From positions 3,688,149 through 3,752,148 of the forward strand of contig NC_057757.1 in the NCBI RefSeq assembly GCF_004010195.1: a stretch of DNA of 64,000 nucleotides, read 5' to 3'. The translations under genes were made by a program, and so were the position numbers. Origin of the DNA: Chiloscyllium plagiosum. Its lineage: Eukaryota. How positions within the stretch are numbered: the first letter of the stretch is position 1; the number at the start of each line of letters is the position of its first letter. Positions 11,037-22,574 of the stretch are shown here, in pieces. Under the pieces are notes generated by a model. That model searched no databases. It saw only the letters and a program-made list of their open reading frames with translations, and was not told the origin of the DNA.

Positions 11037-13240
11037 GGGAGGCACGGCATCTCAGTGGCTATTACTGTTGCCTCACAACACCAGGGACCCGGGTTCAATT
11101 CCAACCTCAGGCGACTGTCTGTGTGGAGTTTGCACATTCTCCACGCGTCTGTGTGGGTTTCCTCCGGGTGCTCCGGTTTCCTCCCACAGTCCAAAGATGT
11201 GTGAGTTAGGGTGGATTGGCCGTGCTAAATTGTCCCGCAGTGTCCAGGGATGCGCAGGTTAGGGTGGATTGGCCGTGCTAAATTGTCCCATAGTGCCCAA
11301 GGATGTGCAGGTTAGGGTGGATTGGCCGTGCTAAATTGTCCCATAGTGCCCAGGGATGTGCAGGTTAGAGTGGATTGGCCGTGCTAAATTGTCCCATAGT
11401 GCCCAGGGATGTGCAAGTTAGGGTGGATTGGCCGTGCTAAATTATCCCATAGTGCCCCGGGATGTGCAGGTTAGGGTGGATTTTTTTTTATATTTCAAAA
11501 TATACTTTATTCATAGAAATAAATCTTTGGTACTTGTACAATTTGTCATGTCGTTCATAAATATATACATTGCATGTCGTAAAGAACAGATTGAATTACT
11601 CGAATTTACAGTTATCCTATTTACAGTTCCCTTTATTAACCATCCAGTCTCTTATTATTTAGCTGTTGCTTCAGCGGAACCCACCTACTGAGTGGGTGCC
11701 CTGTTATAAGATAGCAAAGGAAACTTCTTTAACCCCCAGTTTATGGGGTTACCATTGTCCATTTGACTGTCCTGTCTCTGGGGTAGCTGTCTGCATCCCC
11801 ATGGTGAGCACGAACTGCTGGACCTTCGCTGGGCTGAGGTAGCTATCCAGCTCCTCACTGGGGTCATTTACCCGCTCTGGAGTTATTGAGCCAAGGCAAG
11901 GGTCCGCACCATCCAATTCTGTGTCTGACAATGGGACTGTCAGAGGATCGCAGCTCTCAGTTACCTGTAATTGTGGGACAATGGGTACCCCCTGGTTCTC
12001 ACTGGGTGGAGGGTGGACTTCAAGGGGTCTGTTATTTCCTGGTTGGGAGGAAATGCCCTCTTTACCTACGGTGCTCTGTCTCTTCTTCTGGTGGTGATGA
12101 CGTTCTTTGCGCCCGTCTTCCCCATCCGAAGAGCTGGCCGTCCCTCCCTCGTGCAGCTGTCTTTTCCCCTTTTGCTGGGAGGCTTTGGGGCCTGGCCAGA
12201 TTTTCTCTTCCTGTTTTTAACAGGTATCCACTCCTCTGCCTGCTCGATTACCTCCTCCTCCATTGCTTCCATCTGCCCAGCTAGAGCTANNNNNNNNNNN
12301 NNNNNNNNNNNNNNNNNNNNNNNNNNNNNNNNNNNNNNNNNNNNNNNNNNNNNNNNNNNNNNNNNNNNNNNNNNNNNNNNNNNNNNNNNNNNNNNNNNNN
12401 NNNNNNNNNNNNNNNNNNNNNNNNNNNNNNNNNNNNNNNNNNNNNNNNNNNNNNNNNNNNNNNNNNNNNNNNNNNNNNNNNNNNNNNNNNNNNNNNNNNN
12501 NNNNNNNNNNNNNNNNNNNNNNNNNNNNNNNNNNNNNNNNNNNNNNNNNNNNNNNNNNNNNNNNNNNNNNNNNNNNNNNNNNNNNNGTTGTACATATGGA
12601 TTGTAACAACCCGACTCCTCTGTGCAGGAAGCACACACAATGGGGTTGCCGACAAGATGGAGAACAGCGGCTCCCCTTCCTTTTCCTTGAAGACCTTCAG
12701 GAGCTGTTCGCACTGCTTCACATTTCTGAAGGTGACATCAAAGTAGCCTGCCCCAGGGAAATCCTGCAGGCAGTACACGTCCGCTGCAGCGAACCCACAG
12801 TATCCTAGCAATACCTTCTTAATAAACAGGATGCGATCCACCGGTGTACGACCCTCTACCTTCTTCACAGTCACCCGGACTGTGTTTCAATCTCCCTGCC
12901 CAGGGCTGCGGACAGCTGATGAGGTCATAGCTCTGAGATTGGCTGGTCCTCCTTAGATATCGTGGTATCTCCCCTGCCAGGTTAGGGTGGATTGGCCGTT
13001 CTAAATTGTCCCATAGTGCCCAGGGATGTGCAGGTTAGGGTGGATTGGCCGTGTTAAATTGCCCCATAGTGCCCAGGGATGTGCAGGTTAGGATGGATTG
13101 GCCATGCTCAATTGTCTCATAGTGTCCAGGGATGGTGCACTTATTAGAGATAAATGTAGAATTTTGGGGAATGGATTTGGGTGGGATACTGTTCGGAGGG
13201 TCGGTATGGACTTGTTGGGTCAAAGGGCCTGTTTCCACAC
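11037..13240 (+). mobile_element. HE1-type SINE with tandem 53-bp units, split by an inserted retroposon
   Basis: tRNA-like head (cagtggct.., gggttcaattcc); repeated caggttagggtggattggccgtgctaaattgtcccatagtgcccagggatgtg; CR1-like tail. Confidence 0.8.
11481..12977 (-). mobile_element. ORF1-only L1/Tx1-related retroposon (HAL1-like), inactive copy
   Basis: ZCCHC3/Tx1-like ORF1 (ATG 12928, early TGA; YCLQDFPGAGYFDVTF; C-terminus YLSPAKVQQFVLTMGMQ); short 3' UTR with AATAAA and poly(A); TSD caggttagggtgga at 11467-11480 and 12978-12991; 297-N gap inside. Confidence 0.7.
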
Positions 13241-13379
13241 CATATGACTTCTAAATCAGGTGTGTTTTTCAAAATACGCATCACCCAGAGCAGCCGTCCA
13301 TCAGGAACTGCATCCAAAATGATAGCAGAGACTGAGTACATTCTGAGTGTTCACACATCAGCACATTCAGAGTGTTAGC

Positions 13380-14400
13380 ACAGATGGAAAAAGAGAGGCA
13401 GTGTCAACTGGAAATCAACCGAGGTATTGCATTTTGGTAAAACCAACAAGGGCAAGACATATACCATTAAAAGTAGGGCCCTGGGTAGTTTTGTAGAACA
13501 GGGAGACCTTGGGGTTCAAGTGCATAATCCTTTGACATTTGTGTCACAGGTTGGTGAAGATGTTTAGCACACACGCCTTCGTTACTCAGACCTTTGAGTA
13601 TAGGAGTTGGGACGTCATGTTGAGGTTGTACAGGATGTTGGTGAGGTCTCTTCTGCAGTACTGTTCCAGTTCCGGTCGCCCTGTTATAGGAAGGATGTTA
13701 TTAAGCTGGAGAGGGTTCAGAACAGATGTTGCCAGGAGTGGAGGGTTCGAGTTATAATTCGATGGCTGAATAAGCTGGGACTTTTTACAGTCGAGGGGTG
13801 ACCTTATAGAGGTTTATAAAATCATGACAGGTATCGATCAGGTGAAGAGCGGGTGTCTTTGCCTCAAGTCGGTTGATTTAAAGGCGAGGGGGCATCTTTT
13901 TATGTGAGAAGAGAGAGATTTAAAGGTGTATTTTGTCTGGTTCTGTTCACCTGCTTATAGGAGGGATATTATTAAACTGGAGACAATTCAGAAACAATTT
14001 ACTGGAATGTTTCTGGGAATGGAGGGTTAGAGATATAAGGAGAGGCTGGGACCTTTTTTCCTTGGAGCGTAGGAGGCTGAGGGGTGACCTTATAGAGGTT
14101 TATAAACTCATGAAGGGTATAGATCAGGGGAATGGCTTTTCCCCAGGGTGGGGGATTTCACAATTTGGAGGGGGCGCATATTGTTAAAGTGAGAGGAGAA
14201 AGAGACAAGGGGTAAGTCTTTTCTTAACTCAGATTGTGGTTCGTGTGTGGAATGACCTTCCAGAGGAAGTGGTGGATGAGGGTACATTTACAATGTTTAT
14301 TCACAGATGAGGAAAGGTTTGAAGGTGGGACTAGTTTGGTTTGGGATTGGGCATGGACTGGTTGGGCCAAAGGGTTCGTTTCTGTGTTGCATTGCTCTGT
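13380..14400 (+). mobile_element. Two decayed CR1 3' fragments
   Basis: YRKDVIKLERVQ and LERRRLRGDLIEVYK motifs. Confidence 0.7.
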
Positions 14401-14584
14401 GACCTGGACTGAGCAAATAGCTAGAAATGAGAAGTCTAAGTGACTCATATACAGGATTTAACTACAATGTCTGGCCCAAAAGAAGGGATAAACCTGTAGT
14501 GCCATGATATTCACCAATAAATCTCCTTAGCCAGAGGGTGCTGGAACTAGCTGAAATGTTTGCGGTAAGGAGCCAGGATGCATT

Positions 14585-14892
14585 TTGATTAGATTCTCCA
14601 TAGTGTGGAAACAGGCCCTTCAGCCCAACCAGTCCACACCGACCTTCTGAAGAGCAACCCACCCAGACCCATTTCCCTCTGACTAATGCACCTAACACTA
14701 CGGGCAATTTAGCATGGCCAATTCACCTGACCTGCACATCTTTGGACTGTGGGAGGAAAGCAGAGCACCTGGAGGAAAACCCATGCAGACACGAGGAGAA
14801 TGTGCAAACTCCACACAGACAGTCGCCCAAGGCTTGAATTGAACCTGGGACCCTGGTGCTGTGAGGCAGCACCACTAACCACTGAGCCACCC
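14585..14892 (-). mobile_element. HE1-type SINE
   Basis: Head ggtggctcagtggttagtggtgctgcctcacag, body, and tail ending ctaatc. Confidence 0.8.
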
Positions 14893-15019
14893 CCATTGAA
14901 TTCAAATTCCACCATCTGCCCTGGCAGGATTTGAACTCAGGTCTCCAGGACCTTACCTGAGTTTTGGGATTAATAGTCCAATGATAACAGCACGCGGTCA
15001 TCAGCACCCCAACATTTTG

Positions 15020-15256
15020 CATTGAATCGAATTGAATTTATGGCTACGTGTACCGAGACACAGTGAAAAGCTCTGTCGTGCTAGCAATCCAGGCAGATCA
15101 CAGAGTTAAGTAACATAGGTAAGTAAATAATAGGTATACAGCAACAACACCCAAAACATGGGTACAGGTGAATGTTAAGAGTTTGTGAGTCCATTCAGGA
15201 TTCTAACAACAGTCGGGTCGAAACTGTTATGAAACCAGCTGCTGGGTGTGTTCAGG
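15020..15256 (-). mobile_element. Rex1-type LINE 3' tail
   Basis: Reverse-complement similarity to 4070-4284, including the AATTC tail. Confidence 0.65.
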
Positions 15257-15448
15257 ACATTTCAGGAGGAGCTAGCTAAAACCCGATGGAGAAAGGAATT
15301 GAAGAACACATTTAAATGTGAAATAACTCCACACAGACCAGTACACTGTCACCAAGTCACCCTTTAATTTACACGGGTACATTACATGGACTCTGACCAG
15401 TTAGCTCAGAGCCAGTCCCGAGCCTGAACATCACCTCTGACACTCCTG

Positions 15449-18400
15449 TTTATTTTTTTAAATTTCTTTTTTATTTTCCTCTTTTCATTCCCCAGCACCC
15501 ATGTTGTGTGTGTGCAGGTGTGGGACACAGTGAAAGACACAAGGTGCACAAATCTTTATTCAGTTTCCACCACCAGAAGAAAGGAAACACTCGAGTGGCC
15601 AATAACAAGCACTGCCCTTCACATCAAAGGGCAATGCTGTGTGATCAAACAGTGAAGGGGAGGGCAGGGGTTAAATCAAAATAGAGTTGGAGGGGGAAAT
15701 AATGCACTCCACACCCTGCGGCGCCCACCTCTCCCTGAACAACTCCAGGGTGTTAGTGGAGACCGCGTGCTCCTTCTGCAGGGACACCCGGGCCCTAACG
15801 TAACCGCGGAAGAGGGGCAGGCAGTCAGCCCTAACGACCCCCTCCATGGCCCGCTGCCTGGACCTGTTTATGGCCAGTTTGGCCAGGCCCAGGAGCAGAC
15901 CCACGAGGAGGTCTTCAGACCTCCCTCCTCCGTACTGGGTGCCCGAAGATCAGGAGTGTGGGACTGAAGTGCAACCAAAAGCAGAGGAGGAGNNNNNNNN
16001 NNNNNNNNNNNNNNNNNNNNNNNNNNNNNNNNNNNNNNNNNNNNNNNNNNNNNNNNNNNNNNNNNNNNNNNNNNNNNNGTGAACCACCGCAATCTGCGGT
16101 TGCAGGGGACTGCTGCGTGCAGCACCCTCCACCCCAGATCCCCGAGAGAAAGGGGGAGAACTCGCGTGTAGAGAGCCCTCCACTGGGGATCCCCACTGCC
16201 CTGTGGCAAATGGACACACCGCCCGGAGGGTGGATGAGGGAGAAGAGGTGGACGGTGTGCAGCAGCAGTCGATACAGGGCCCTCTTTTTAATTTTGACCC
16301 TTTTAAAGGACATAAAAATTCCGGAGGCTGCTCAGGTTGGGGGGCACAGGCTCCCGCGGGAAGTATGGGACCTTGGGGACAATGTGAAATTCCGCCCGGG
16401 CTGGGGTGAGCATGGACGGGATCCCACCGCACACCTGAGCGTCCTCCAACTGGTGCACTATGTCGGGTCCGAGCACCGCCGTTTTAAGGCATCGGATGGC
16501 AGTGGCCACGTACTGGACGTCTACCGCTGTCCTGCTCACGATGTCCTGCGTCCAACCCAGGCCCCCGGCTCCCAGCACGTCCCTGACCCTGGTCACCCTT
16601 GCCGCCACGGCCCTCCCCTCCGACAGCCACTAGAACCCGCGAGTACGGAGTTGCGAACTCCTGAGCAACGGCTCCCTGACGACAGCCGCTACTCCAGCCG
16701 GAGGGTAGGCGTGTCGCGATTCAACCATGTTCCAGACAGTGATCAGGTCCTGGTAAAAGACAGGCAGCATCTTGAGGGTGACCTCCAAACCGTCACGGTC
16801 GGCGAACAGGAGCTGCGTGTCTTAGTTGAGGCTACGAACCTGGCTGAAAAAATACGTCGCCAGGGCGGACCACCTAGGAGGAGGCTCGACGTAAAGGTAT
16901 CGCTGCAAGGTCTGAAGGCAGAACGTCGCGACCTGGGTGGCCTAGGCGAGCCGAGACTTTGGCCTCCAGCTCCTGCAAGTTGGCCGGCCAGGATTCCTCA
17001 GCCAGGCTAAGGTAGAACCCCAGGTAGAGGAGATGGGTGGAACTCCAGCTGAACCCCCGTAACTCCTCCGGCAGAGAGTCCACCCGCCACAGACCGACCA
17101 GTAGTCCGGAACATTTGGCCCAGTTGATCCTGGCGGAAGACGCTGCCGAGTACACGGCCTGGCACTCGCGCATCCTCCCCAGGTCAGCCGGGTCGGTGAA
17201 AGTGAGGAGAACGTTGTCGGCGTAGGCAGAGAGGACCACCCCCGTGCCCGCGCCGCGCAGAACCAGCCCCGATAACCTCCTCCGCAAGAGGCACAGGAAA
17301 GGCTCCATGCACAGGGAATACAGCTGGCCGGACAGCGGGCAGCCTTGACGCACTCCTCTCCCGAAGCGAAGGGGCGCCGTCAGGGACCCGTTAACTTTAA
17401 CCAGACACTCTGCGGCGGCGTACAAAAGTCGGATCCGGGCGACGAACTGCGTCCCGAACCCGAATGCCCGCAGAGTCCAGAGCAGATACTCGTGATCGAC
17501 CCTGTCGAATGCCTTCTCCTGGTCTAGACACAGGAAGGCGCTCGGCAGACCAGCCCGTCGACAGAAATCGACCAGGTCCCGGACCAGGTGGACGTTGTCG
17601 TGTATCCTCCGGCCCGGGACCGTGTAGGACTGGTCCGGTGAATCATGTGGGCCAGCACGGAGGCCAGGCGAGAAGACAACACCCTGGCGAAGATTTTGTA
17701 ATCCGTGCTGAGGAGGGAGACCGGACGCCAGTTCTTCAAAGAATGAAGGCCCCCCTTCTTTGGCAGCAGGACGATGACTGCCCTGCGCCAAAAAAGGGGC
17801 AGCGCTCCGGCATTTAGACACTCCCCCAGGACATAGGTGCTCCCCAGGACGTCCCAGAACGTCCTGAAGAACTTCACAGTCAGCCCATCCAGCCCTGGGG
17901 ACTTGCCTCTCGAGGGCGCCAGTCAGCTCCTCTAAGGTGACGGGAGCGTCGAGCTGCGGCAGGTCCTCCCACAGAACTCTGAGCATCCTCGCTGGACAGA
18001 TCCAGAGAGAACAGAGCCGTGTAATAGTTTCGGACGTGGGCCCTGATCCCCTCCGGATCCGAGACGAGGGACCCGTCGTTGGCCAGCAGCACAAGGAGCT
18101 GCTGACGGGTGCCACGCCTTTTTTCCAGTAAGTAGAAGAAGGGGGAGCCGCGGTCCAGGTCCTGGAGGAGCTGGATCCGCGACCTCACGTACGCGCCCCG
18201 AGCCCCGACGAGCTGCAGGTCCCGGAGCGCGGCCTTCTTCTCTTCGTATGCCCCGCGCAGGGCCGGGTCCGCGTCGGGCTGACCGAGGCGTGACTCCAGG
18301 TCGAGCATCTCCCTCTCCAACTCCCCGATGCTGGATTTCCGCCTCTTCGTCGACCCCCTCGCGTACTCCTGACAGAAGACGCGGACGTGAGTCTTGCCCA

Positions 18401-19545
18401 TGTCCCACCATAGCCTCAGGGAGGAGAAGCTTTCCGCTTCCTTCTCCAGACGGCCCAGAAATGACGAAACGAGCCCCGGAACCGCTCGTCCTCCAGCAGC
18501 AAGTTGTTAAAGTGCCAGTACGCGGAGCCGAGACTGGCACTAGGTGATGGTCCGTGCATGACACCTGCCGCGTGGAGGCCTTCGGAAAACAGGAAGCGTG
18601 CGCCCGCGAAACGTACAGGCGGTCAATTCTGGACGCTCCGACCCCAGGCCTCACAAAGGTGAAGGCGGTGGAGTCGGGATGGAGATTCCGCCAGACGTCC
18701 ACCAGGTCAAAAACTTGACCAAGTCCCCCAACCTCCTCCCCAACGCTCAGCAAGTGCGGGCACCCCCGTGGTCCCTGCCCTCGAGGACGCAGTTAAAATC
18801 TCCCCCGAGGACGACGCACTGGTTCTCGTCGATGGAAGCGAGATGAGCGGACACTTCTTCGAAGAAGCTCGCTTGCCTCGGCCCGGCCAGGGGAGCGTAG
18901 ACGTTCACCAAGTGAAGCACCGCGCCCCCCAGCCGAACCGTCAGGTGAAGCAAACGGCCTGGCACTGGCTCCCTGACCCCCAAGATCTCCGGCTGAAAAT
19001 GCGGGGCCAACAGGATAGCCACCCCGCCAGACCTGCGGGTGAGGTGACTCATGTAGACCCCCCCTCGCCACTCCAGGAGCCAGGTGGCTTCGTCTCCCGG
19101 GGTAGTGTGGGTTTCCTGCAGGAAGCACACTGCATACCTCCCGTCCTGAAGGACCCAGAGGGTCTGGAATCTGTGTTGTGACTCCCTGCTGCCGTTGATG
19201 TTGAGGCTGGCTATAGTTGTCTCCATGTCGGAAGCGTTGTGCAACCACCACCAGTACAGTTAAAAATCTATATATACACATTTACTGGGAGGACGGGGGA
19301 GGGGCACAGAAGTCCCTCGCCCTCACCAGGAGCGCCCCCAGGAAGTTCCTGACTCGCTTTCGCTCATTCACATTGAGCCCAGGCACCTGGCGAGCAGCGT
19401 GGGCCGACCAGTAAACTCTCTCGAAGGAGCTCCAGCGGTCGAGCACCAGTTGGGCTCTATCCTGGCGACTCCGAGTTTCCTCAACAAATTCCCGGAGTTC
19501 CTCGAGGGGAATGAGGGGGGAGATCGGTGGGGGGCACGAGGGGGG
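15449..19545 (-). mobile_element. Tx1-clade non-LTR retrotransposon, 5'-truncated and frameshifted
   Basis: ORF1 C-terminus 19282-19545; ORF2 from ATG 19226 with APE endonuclease (SLNING, FLQETH, NVYAP, GGDFN) and RT (WRPVSLL, DQEKAFDRV, GVRQGCPLS, YADN in place of YADD); ends at 15671; A-rich tail. Confidence 0.9.
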
Positions 19546-20504
19546 AGAAGCCTTTATGCCCAAAACGTCATTTCTCATGCTCCTCCGATGCTACCCGAAC
19601 TGCTGTGCTTTTCTAGCACCACACTCTCAACCAGTAATAAGCCCATTGTCCCTCAGCAAGAATATGTTGGCCTTGCAAGTGCCGTGGGGGAGATCTACCA
19701 GAATGTTTTGTTTTCTGTTCATGGGACGTACTATCCATTCCTAATTTCTCCGAGGGCAGTGAGGAGTGAGCCATGTTGGCTGTGGACCTGGAGTCACATG
19801 GAGGCCAGACTAGCTAAAGATGGCGGATGTCCCCATTTGGAAATCAAGTGGTCGCCGCTAAACCAGCAGTTCAAAATGGCGGTGGGGCAAGGCCAATTAG
19901 GTCAGCAAGTCAACAGTGAAAAAAAAACTTGAATAAAGGAGAGAAAAGTGAACAGAAGGAGGCGAGAGACAAAAAAAAGGAAAGAAAAGATGTTGGAAGG
20001 GGAGGGGAGGATGATGGGCCCAAGAGGGAGAGGCGGAACCAGCTGAATATGAGAAGGGTATTGCACTGCCTCAGGATAATGGCACCCACAAGCGGGTCCA
20101 TTTGTGGGCACTGGGCAGTAGGGAGAGGTGTCGCAATCCCTAATGGAGTGTGAACAAATTCCTGGACCTGGGCAGGGGTGGGGGTGTATGAACTGTTCCT
20201 TATTTGAAGGCATGTATTCTATCGTTAACAGCCCAGCCCACCGTTAAGGGACAACTTGAGTCCTGTATTCCTGGGAATGTCCGACCTTGGGATGGGTTTG
20301 GGTGAATCGAGCAAGCAGCTGAGTTGGCCAAGGTTGATTGGTGACTCAACGACGGATATCTTGCCTTAATCTCACCCCCACCCACCCCACCATGTTAAAT
20401 TGTTGTAATCTCATGAAGCCCAATCATGTTAAACCCGACACCATTCCCCCACCATCACTCCCTGCATGTCTGGCACATCACCATCTCTCCATGATAAATA
20501 AACT

Positions 20505-20510
20505 TTTATT
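20505..20510 (-). promoter_or_regulatory. TM4SF5: Putative TM4SF5 polyadenylation signal AATAAA
   Basis: tttatt on the + strand, about 230 nt past the stop codon. Confidence 0.55.
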
Positions 20511-20739
20511 TAGCGCGAAACAAAAGTCATCGATTTCGGGTCTCTTGCCTCAGAACACATGTTGAGCCAATGGAGTCGGCGGCATGCCCATTTGGCATTG
20601 AGTGCCCACTGTCTTCATGTCGGAGTGGAGAGGTGAGAACAGAAAGAGAGGGAAAACCCAATTTCAAATCTACACGTCGAGGAACTGCCCCTTCCAGGGT
20701 CACGTCTGCACTCCCCCTCCCCCAGCCTTGTTGCCCTGT

Positions 20740-20754
20740 TCACAGGTCGTCATC
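20740..20754 (-). CDS. TM4SF5: TM4SF5 terminal coding exon (DDDL*)
   Basis: Strong acceptor ctctctcctctccattacag, phase 0, GAT GAC GAC CTG TGA; parallels the short human C-terminal tail DTPH*. Confidence 0.7.
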   Translation of the reverse strand, partial: DDDL

Positions 20755-20774
20755 CTGTAATGGAGAGGAGAGAG

Positions 20775-21035
20775 CGAGTTAGCGATGAGTGAGACTGGTA
20801 AAGCGAGGGTACCGATGTGTCCATAGATGGGTGCAGAGCTTTGGGGGGGGCTTTGAAAGTGTCTCACTCATGGACGGATATATGTCCCAAACTGGTGAGG
20901 GAGATGGATGGTGGTGGCGGAAGGCTGGGGGCCAGCCTGCATTGATGTCCCCACAGGGATCGGTGCTGGGTCCCTTATCATCCTTGATGTTCATCAATAT
21001 TGGAGATGAGAAGGAGGAGGAGATGATGATAAGTG
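20775..21035 (+). mobile_element. Highly decayed CR1 RT fragment
   Basis: PQGSVLGPL motif. Confidence 0.5.
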
Positions 21036-21397
21036 GACGGGGATGGTAGCTCAGTGGTTAGCACCAGGGACCTGGATTCAATTTGGGTGATTGATTGTGT
21101 GGAGTTTGCACGTTCTCCTCCGTGTCTGCGTGCGTTTCCTCTGGGTGCTCCAGTTTCATCCCACAGACAAAGGTGTGCAGGTTAGGGTGGGTTGGCCATA
21201 CTAAATTGTCCCATAGTGCGCAGGAATGTGCAGGTTAGGGTGGATTGGCCGTGCTAAATTGCCCCATAGTGCCCAGGGATGTGCAGGTTAGGGTGGATTG
21301 GCCGTGCTAAATTGCCCCATAGTGCCCAGGGATGTGCAGGTTAGGGTGGATTGGCCGTGCTAAATTGTCCCATAGTGCCCAGGGATGTGCAGGTTAG
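21036..21397 (+). mobile_element. HE1-type SINE with tandem 53-bp units running into a gap
   Basis: Head followed by about four tandem units. Confidence 0.8.
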
Positions 21398-21849
21398 NNN
21401 NNNNNNNNNNNNNNNNNNNNNNNNNNNNNNNNNNNNNNNNNNNNNNNNNNNNNNNNNNNNNNNNNNNNNNNNNNNNNNNNNNNNNNNNNNNNNNNNNNNN
21501 NNNNNNNNNNNNNNNNNNNNNNNNNNNNNNNNNNNNNNNNNNNNNNNNNNNNNNNNNNNNNNNNNNNNNNNNNNNNNNNNNNNNNNNNNNNNNNNNNNNN
21601 NNNNNNNNNNNNNNNNNNNNNNNNNNNNNNNNNNNNNNNNNNNNNNNNNNNNNNNNNNNNNNNNNNNNNNNNNNNNNNNNNNNNNNNNNNNNNNNNNNNN
21701 NNNNNNNNNNNNNNNNNNNNNNNNNNNNNNNNNNNNNNNNNNNNNNNNNNNNNNNNNNNNNNNNNNNNNNNNNNNNNNNNNNNNNNNNNNNNNNNNNNNN
21801 NNNNNNNNNNNNNNNNNNNNNNNNNNNNNNNNNNNNNNNNNNNNNNNNN

Positions 21850-22572
21850 CTACTACGGATAGCTGGTCGTGTCGTTTCGTGGCTAGTTGCTGTTCATGTA
21901 TGCGGATTGTTAGCTGTCTTCCTGTTTGTCCTATGTAGTGTTTTGTGCAGTCCTTGCATGGTATTTTGTACACTACATTGGTTTTGCTCATGTTGGGTAT
22001 CGGGTCCTTCGTTCTGGTGAGTTGTTGTCTGAGTGTGGCTGTTGGTTTGTGTGCCGTTATGTGTCCTAGGGGTCGCAGTAGTCTGGCTGTCAGTTCTGAG
22101 ATGCTCCTGATGTATGGTAGTGTTGCTAGTCCTTTTGGTTGTGGTATGTCCTTGTTCCGTGGTCTTTCTCTTAGGCATCTGTTGATGAAGTTGCGTGGGT
22201 ATCCGTTTTTGGCGAATACCTTGTATAGGTGTTCCTCTTCTTCTTTTTGCAGTTCTGGTGTACTGCAGTGTGTTGTGGCCCTTTTGAATAGTGTCCTGAT
22301 GCAGCTTCGTTTGTGTGTGTTGGGGTGGTTACTTTCATAGTTTAGGACTTGGTCTGTGTGTGTGGCTTTCCTGTATACCTTAGTGGTGAATTCTCCGTTT
22401 GGTGTTTTCTGTACCATCACGTCTAGGAATGGGAGTTTGTTATCCTTTTCTTCTTCTCTCGTGAATCGGATTCCTGTGAGTGTGGAGTTGATGATCCGGT
22501 GTGTTTTCTCTATTTCAGTGTTTTTAATGATTACAAAGGTGTCATCCACATATCTGACCCAGAGTTTGTGGG
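21850..22572 (-). mobile_element. Penelope-like element: RT C-terminus plus GIY-YIG endonuclease
   Basis: WVRYVDDTFVI, LPFLDV, VYRKATHT, TLPYI, NVVYKIPCKDC..YIGQT in an open frame up to the gap. Confidence 0.9.
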
Positions 22573-22574
22573 TG

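Noticed and set aside
11205..11480. CRISPR-like appearance of the 53-bp arrays (also 21177, 23945, 55965)
   Set aside because: Units are contiguous with no unique spacers, sit inside SINEs, and no cas genes are present
15958..17010. 350-aa plus-strand ORF
   Set aside because: Antisense to GC-rich Tx1 ORF2, includes a gap, and has no recognisable domain
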